Shown here: positions 59,701 through 64,000 of the stretch, piece by piece | Layout of the letters: each line of letters opens with the position of its first letter | How positions within the stretch are numbered: the stretch's first letter is position 1 | Made by a program: the position numbers and the translations under genes | The notes under the pieces: model-generated | What the model was told of the DNA's origin: nothing | The model's database searches: none | What the model saw: only the letters and a program-made list of their open reading frames with translations | Assembly: GCA_013360215.1 (NCBI GenBank) | Contig: JABWCP010000011.1 | Span: 1 to 64,000, forward strand | DNA from: a bacterium | Lineage (GTDB): Bacteria > CLD3 > SB21 | Length of the DNA: 64,000 nucleotides | Direction of reading: 5' to 3'

Positions 59701-59852
59701 TCATATTTCAGAACTTTCAAAAACTGTTGTGCTGTAGTGTAGTCGCGTTGAGCCTGAAGCGTATCTTTAAGGGTTTGTGAAAACGAATAGTCTGTAGGAC
59801 AATGTAAAAACAATATTGACCATGATAGAAATAATAATGGTAGCTTATTCAT
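56757..59852 (-). CDS. TPR-repeat CHAT-domain (caspase-clan) protease with N-terminal signal/TM segment
   Basis: Kinesin-light-chain-type TPRs (HP.VA.SY.N.G..Y). CHAT motifs IIPDG.LYYLPFE.L, HVASHG (catalytic His), VTLSACKT (catalytic Cys), GEG..GL.RGF.YAGA, SLWPVDD and W.AFVLIG. Start trimmed to MNKLPL. Confidence 0.93.
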   Translation of the reverse strand: MNKLPLLFLSWSILFLHCPTDYSFSQTLKDTLQAQRDYTTAQQFLKVLKYDSALIYLNQSYEAYKSHQCWERIADIASEIIETHRTVARYDLALTKGYMALEQIKQNLGSDNLSYAKVLSAITITLWSKGDLDSSLEANRSVLQIRIAKLGYDHFDVAAIYNMIGIIYSDKSKFDSALFYSKEALRIRISTSGPFHNSVASSYINIGVIYRRLGDYTSAEEYYKKALTIRIKTLGDEHPRTALIYDNLGICYDIMGDVEKSADYHAKALSSRIRAFGTNHPDVAGSYVDLAILNYNRQNYRSALDYQSRALQVRQNIFGINSIAAAASLGNIGNIYRELGDNDSALFYYDSAFAVNKKKYKIHGEVAKNMTYLAIIHGKRKEFFLSDSLFSAAIEMANKAFGSKNPEIAEMWMHRAEIAEQNNNVEVALRYTQNALITQLPAFSDSSISENPPLQLIRPETGTIVILAQKARLLKKQYDRTKKLLYLEESYNVYNLTASWIDILRQGYRLEGSKIFLGSKAKIIYESALKTISEAYYITSDNKWIDRAFVMSQRSKAGTLREALHELQVRNFATISDSILRLERELKTQIAFYETKYTPSPQSSKFNNSDEQSYTAKILFDLKSRYETLQQSIEKTNPAYYQLKYDITVPNISDIQNHLKIRPGVVLDYFVGDSLIMIIRLTDKTKTMIAQSKDSTFEYTIRHIRQGLTDLDISSYERYSIAFYNQWVKPSLESIAIGTPLIIIPDGMLYYLPFETLLMKAKLTEGDKQNTRARYLSEDYSIQYLMSADMLLSSHSTIAPNSFYGIAPVFDDSVTSGDIQSYKFYDSTKTSSRQIQQKGEGFPTLPYSIQEVKQIKSLFSQRKLDSKIIVHRAATKKQVLNDTLIHYGYIHVASHGFINEVNPKLSGIALYSDDSVDVKEDILYAGEIYNLRLKAHLVTLSACKTALGKIEKGEGVIGLTRGFIYAGARHVLVSLWPVDDRLTAEFMTEFYRNVFTEKNLSLALQKTQKRWIAQQHTSYPGDWGAFVLIGY

Positions 59853-60817
59853 GCGTTCCCCTTTACAAATGCTATAGCCCTCTCTTCCGACCAATAATAA
59901 CCTTTTTTAGAAGATGCAGGAAAACCGACATGTCCTCCGTCCCGAGGCATTTCTAAAGTAATGTGAGTATGGTGTTGTATCTGTGCGATCGGAAAACACG
60001 ATGGGCCTAAAAACGGATCGTTTTGTGCATTGACCAGTAATGTCGGTATCGCAATGTTATCCAAAAACGTCACGGCACTGCACCGGGACCAATAATCTTC
60101 AGCGTCGCGAAAACCATGTATCGGTGCCGTATAGCGGTCATCAAATTGGCGAAATGTTTTAATTTCTGAAAATCCTGTGTCACTGATTTGTCCGGGAAAC
60201 ATCGTTGATTTCAATTTTATTTTTTCATGAAGCATGCGCAAAAAACGACGCATGTAGATGCGGCAGGCAGGAGACTCCATTGTTAATGCCGATGACTTGA
60301 GGTCCACAGGAACTGAAAATGTGACCGCTTTACGGATAGCCGGATGGACTTGATTTCCCTTGTCACCGAGATATTTGAGGGTCATGTTTCCACCCAAACT
60401 AAATCCGATCAATACAATTTCCGTATATCCTCGGCTGAGTCCATGATGTATGACGACTTCTAAGTCTTCGGTGGCTCCGCTGTGGTATGAACGCAGCAAA
60501 CGATTCGATTCACCGCTGCATCCGCGATAATTCCAGGCGAGAACATTCCAACCTTCTTCATGAAATCGTTTGGCCATGCCGCGCACGTAAGTGCGCGAGG
60601 TATTCCCCTCAAGACCATGCGATAGGATTGCCAGTTTGGTTGATGTGTGCGTAGCGAGCCAATCCAAATCCAGAAAATCATCATCCGGTGTCGTTATGCG
60701 TTCACGCGTAAATGAAACGTCATGTACTTTCCGAAATAACGTCGGAAAAATCGTTTGCACATGGCCGTTAAAAAGAAGTAATGGCGCCCGGTATGTTGAT
60801 GCTTCGATTAAAGGCAT
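59849..60817 (-). CDS. YheT-like alpha/beta hydrolase
   Basis: NGH.QTI, D.DFLDLDW, HGLEG, RGCSGE.N, GFSLGGN, FDD.YTAP.HGF and GGHVGF. Confidence 0.92.
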   Translation of the reverse strand: MPLIEASTYRAPLLLFNGHVQTIFPTLFRKVHDVSFTRERITTPDDDFLDLDWLATHTSTKLAILSHGLEGNTSRTYVRGMAKRFHEEGWNVLAWNYRGCSGESNRLLRSYHSGATEDLEVVIHHGLSRGYTEIVLIGFSLGGNMTLKYLGDKGNQVHPAIRKAVTFSVPVDLKSSALTMESPACRIYMRRFLRMLHEKIKLKSTMFPGQISDTGFSEIKTFRQFDDRYTAPIHGFRDAEDYWSRCSAVTFLDNIAIPTLLVNAQNDPFLGPSCFPIAQIQHHTHITLEMPRDGGHVGFPASSKKGYYWSEERAIAFVKGNA

Positions 60818-60824
60818 AGTCCTT

Positions 60825-63020
60825 CTATAAATTACGTTTCCAAAATTCAATCATGGTTTTGCATAGATGCAGTTTGGCCGCTGTATCCGTAAACGTATGT
60901 TTGCGCATGGGGTACATCATCATTTCAAAACGTTTATCCGCGCGAATCAGCTCGTCAACAAAGTGCCATGTATTTTGCGGATGGACATTATCGTCATACG
61001 TGCCATGCACTAGGAGTAATCTTCCGCTCAGGTTTTTCGCATACCGGTTGAGATCTGTTTTAAGATAACCATCCGGATTTTCCTGAGGGGTCTTCATTGT
61101 AGCTTCACCATATTTGGTATCATAATAATGCCAACTAGTGAGCGGAGCGACGGCGACACCGGCTTTAAAAAGCGAAGTTCGTGTCATGGCCAGTAGAGTA
61201 AAGGTTCCGCCACCACTGCGACCCCATATGCCAATACGTTCGGGGTTAACGAATGATCGCGTTTTAATCCAAGCCACGGCATCCTCTAGATCGCGTAATT
61301 CACCGTCGCTGGCTTGCATGCGGACAACGGTATTTTCCAGTATTTTGCTGATTCCGGTAGCGCTTCTATTATCCACGGTGATGACGATATATCCGTCGCG
61401 CACCCATAACTGATGCGGCATGATGGTTTCTTTCGGCCAACGGTGATTGACTTGCGGTGCGCTCGGGCCACCGTACACATGGAGAATGACGGGGTATTTT
61501 TTGGTCGAATCAAAATCGGCAGGACGCAGCATCATTGCGGGCATCGGAAAACTGTCACGCGTGGCGATCGTAAAAAAACGGTATGGTACGAATCCCAAAG
61601 TACGCGCATACGTTGTATCCGCCGCGGCGATCACTTGTTTGATGGAGCCGTCCGGTTTGTGCAACGTAAGGGAAGGTGGTGTATCGGCGGATGAATGATG
61701 GTACATTAGAAACCGTCCGTCCGGACTTAGTGTCGCATCATACGTACCATCTTTGATCGAAAGTCTTTTTTTATTTTTTCCGTCAAAACGAATGCTGTAA
61801 ATGTGGCGTTCAATCGAAGATTTTTCCAGTGACTGATAATATAAGGTCTGCGTTTTTTCATCTATACCGACCACACCGCCTTTGCTGTACAGCGTTGTCA
61901 TTTGTACAGACCATGTTCCAGACGTAACGGGACGTATCAAGCGCCCGTCACTTTGATAATGATACAGATGCGTGTATCCGCTGCGTTGAGACGACCAGAT
62001 AAATTCGCTGCCACCTTTTAAAAAATACAAATCGTTGTGTTCGCGGACAAATCCGGAGTTGGTTTCTGAAAGTATCCGTGTAGGTTTTCCGGAAGCCGCA
62101 TCTACAAAATAAAGATTCAATTCGGTTTGCGAACGGTTCATCGTCTGCATGGCCAATCGCTTGTTGTCGGGAAGCCATTTTACCCGCACGATGTATTCAT
62201 ACGTCAGGCCGGTCATATCCACAGCCACCGTTTTTCCGGTATTCATGTTTCTGCAGTGCAGGGTAGCGATAGGATTGACGCTTCCGGTTTTAGGATAACG
62301 TTGGTGTATCAATGCCGGAACGGCGGGTTTATAATCCTGAAAAACCACATCGTCAACTTGCGATTCATCAAATTTATAAAACGCAAGTAGCGAACCGTCG
62401 TCTGACCAAAAGCTGCCAAGCTCTTCGCGATCGTAGATTTCTTCCCAATAAACCCAGGACAAACGACCGTTTAGTAATGTCGAACTTCCGTCGGAGGTGA
62501 TCCGTGTTTCTTTTTGCGAAACAAGATCGTAACTAAACAAATCATTGTGGCGGACGTAAACGACTTTTTTTCCGTCCGGAGCAAGCCGGGGCGCCATTTC
62601 TTCGTCCGATGTCGCGGTTACGCGCGTCCATTGTGATGTTTTAAAGTGAAAGATAAATACGTCGCCTTCAAAAGAAAATAAGGCCAGCGATCCAGATGCA
62701 TCCAAACCCTCCGGCCAAGGCAATGCGGGGGGAGCGGAGGAGATATGTTTTTGTAAACCCGCGATAGCCGTACGCATATCAAAGAGTGTAAAGCGTTCCC
62801 CGCTTTGGGGATTCAACATTTGATAAGAACGTTCGGACCATGCGACGCGTGTGTCGTAAAGTATAATGGTATTCTGCGAAGTCCAAAAATAAGAAGGCGC
62901 TTCGGTGCGTTGTTTAATTTCACCGTTGTACAGATATTCAGGTGTGAGTGTTACGTTCGTTTGAGCGTAAACGGGCGCGGTTATCATCGCCGCTATGATC
63001 CATAATAATCTTTTTTTCAT
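60825..63020 (-). CDS. Dipeptidyl peptidase IV (S9B) family peptidase
   Basis: DPPIV N-domain (WVYWEEI, YPK.G..NP), VYGGP, GIWGRSGGG nucleophile motif, HGT.DDNVH and YP.RKH. Confidence 0.92.
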   Translation of the reverse strand: MKKRLLWIIAAMITAPVYAQTNVTLTPEYLYNGEIKQRTEAPSYFWTSQNTIILYDTRVAWSERSYQMLNPQSGERFTLFDMRTAIAGLQKHISSAPPALPWPEGLDASGSLALFSFEGDVFIFHFKTSQWTRVTATSDEEMAPRLAPDGKKVVYVRHNDLFSYDLVSQKETRITSDGSSTLLNGRLSWVYWEEIYDREELGSFWSDDGSLLAFYKFDESQVDDVVFQDYKPAVPALIHQRYPKTGSVNPIATLHCRNMNTGKTVAVDMTGLTYEYIVRVKWLPDNKRLAMQTMNRSQTELNLYFVDAASGKPTRILSETNSGFVREHNDLYFLKGGSEFIWSSQRSGYTHLYHYQSDGRLIRPVTSGTWSVQMTTLYSKGGVVGIDEKTQTLYYQSLEKSSIERHIYSIRFDGKNKKRLSIKDGTYDATLSPDGRFLMYHHSSADTPPSLTLHKPDGSIKQVIAAADTTYARTLGFVPYRFFTIATRDSFPMPAMMLRPADFDSTKKYPVILHVYGGPSAPQVNHRWPKETIMPHQLWVRDGYIVITVDNRSATGISKILENTVVRMQASDGELRDLEDAVAWIKTRSFVNPERIGIWGRSGGGTFTLLAMTRTSLFKAGVAVAPLTSWHYYDTKYGEATMKTPQENPDGYLKTDLNRYAKNLSGRLLLVHGTYDDNVHPQNTWHFVDELIRADKRFEMMMYPMRKHTFTDTAAKLHLCKTMIEFWKRNL

Positions 63021-63047
63021 ACATCACTTTGCCGGTATTATGGGTTG

Positions 63048-63767
63048 TTATGCATTGTTGGGATTCATTCGAAGCTGGATTGCGTGCAATTTTTTTCCGG
63101 TACGATACCCGTGAATTCCCATAGCCGGTCCGATCATCCAATACGTTAAGCCGGCCCAATTGGCCATAGCGGAGCCGCCGTATAAAAGTAAAGAGGTTGA
63201 AAAAAGCGCAATACCGATATTGATGATATATGAACGCCGTTCGGAACGGGCAATGAAAATCTCTGCTTCATTAAGTTCAAATCGCGCGCGAAGACGGTAC
63301 GCATGGTGGTACAGCAAGGCATAGATACCGCACACGGCGATGTATCCTGCATTGTAGATGTACATCATGTCGTCGCCTTGACCCGCCGCGATCGGCGGTT
63401 GTTCATAAGCAACACCCAACATCATATTGACGACGAGGGTCATGACAAATTTGAGCGGATAAACAAAGAATAACACTACAAAAAGGAGCGCGGCATTCCA
63501 AACAATTGTAAAACGGTCTTGTAAACCGAAACGTCTGAAAAATTTATAATGCCAATACCATAACATCACCAAGATCGTAAAACACGTGGCAAATGCCGGG
63601 AAACCGCGCATGGTTTCCAAAAGCTGGGAAAGGTTTTTGGGTACTTCAAGTGAAACGACCAGCAAAGTCATTGCAAAAGCAAATACCGCATCGCTGAAAG
63701 CTTCCACACGGGTGACTTCATGCCCGCGCCAGCGAAAATGAGGGTCAAGCGCTTGATTACTCAGCAT
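63048..63767 (-). CDS. TMEM175/DUF1211 family membrane protein (putative K+ channel)
   Basis: RVEAFSDAVFAFAMTLLV signature and W..H..FF. Confidence 0.88.
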   Translation of the reverse strand: MLSNQALDPHFRWRGHEVTRVEAFSDAVFAFAMTLLVVSLEVPKNLSQLLETMRGFPAFATCFTILVMLWYWHYKFFRRFGLQDRFTIVWNAALLFVVLFFVYPLKFVMTLVVNMMLGVAYEQPPIAAGQGDDMMYIYNAGYIAVCGIYALLYHHAYRLRARFELNEAEIFIARSERRSYIINIGIALFSTSLLLYGGSAMANWAGLTYWMIGPAMGIHGYRTGKKLHAIQLRMNPNNA

Positions 63768-63812
63768 AACGACCTCGCTAATTTCGAAGTTAGTCTGGAA
63801 AAAGAAGAAACG

Positions 63813-64000
63813 TTAAAGATTGTTTTGCATTACGGCAGTTTTTCGCGCCATACGGAGTACGGATTCTTCTGTTGTATAATCGGCAATGCGATTCAACGCA
63901 ATCCAAGCTAAATCTTTGGACTCGGAAGAAATGCGCAGCGGTATGGCATCATCTATTTCGATCAGAAACCGCACGTCGTAATGAAGATGCGCCGCGTCCG
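63813..64000 (-). CDS. Partial (3' end) Nudix hydrolase
   Basis: Hand translation …DAAHLHYDVRFL…ISSESKDLAW…SVLRMARKT…*. H.HYD.RF and ES.DL.W are typical of Nudix C-termini. Confidence 0.65.
   Translation of the reverse strand, partial: DAAHLHYDVRFLIEIDDAIPLRISSESKDLAWIALNRIADYTTEESVLRMARKTAVMQNNL

Noticed and set aside
55054-59852. Type III-E CRISPR (Craspase) locus
   Set aside because: No Cas7-11, cas1/cas2, Csx30/Csx31-like genes or repeat-spacer array are visible. Only the sigma + CHAT logic is shared.
326-63911. The many short antisense or alternate-frame ORFs in the track (e.g. 10511-11179, 30223-30723, 48511-49086)
   Set aside because: They lie on top of well-supported genes and have no recognisable motifs, so they are treated as shadow ORFs.

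Overview
This 64 kb window looks like the chromosome of a diderm bacterium, probably FCB-superphylum. That placement is inferred from a FlgD-Ig/T9SS-type C-terminal sorting domain, HldE plus a GT9 heptosyltransferase for LPS core, Skp, TonB-dependent receptors and MenG/UbiE. Most of it is housekeeping: glycogen debranching, hutI, LPS core genes, msrA, a complete pstSCAB-phoU-phoBR locus with a divergent porin, ftsE, rdgB, plsY and several peptidases. I recognised no rRNA, tRNA, CRISPR array, transposase or integrase. Six observations stand out. (1) An ECF-like sigma factor, a single-pass anti-sigma-like protein and a signal-peptide TPR-CHAT (caspase-clan) protease sit together with no CRISPR context (55-60 kb). 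(2) One polypeptide fuses an Amidase_3 domain to a PdaA-type MurNAc deacetylase, the two activities that make muramic-delta-lactam in endospore cortex. (3) A TerC/Alx gene is embedded in the pst operon and overlaps pstC. (4) A perfect TGTAGGTAA-N-TTACCTACA operator is duplicated in front of two paralogous stand-alone receivers next to a NarL-type two-component pair. (5) A diverged ~150-185 bp direct repeat brackets a two-gene secreted-protein cassette. (6) A 49-aa membrane smORF, missed by the ORF track, overlaps both neighbours by ATGA. All functional calls come from reading motifs by eye; no database searches were run.
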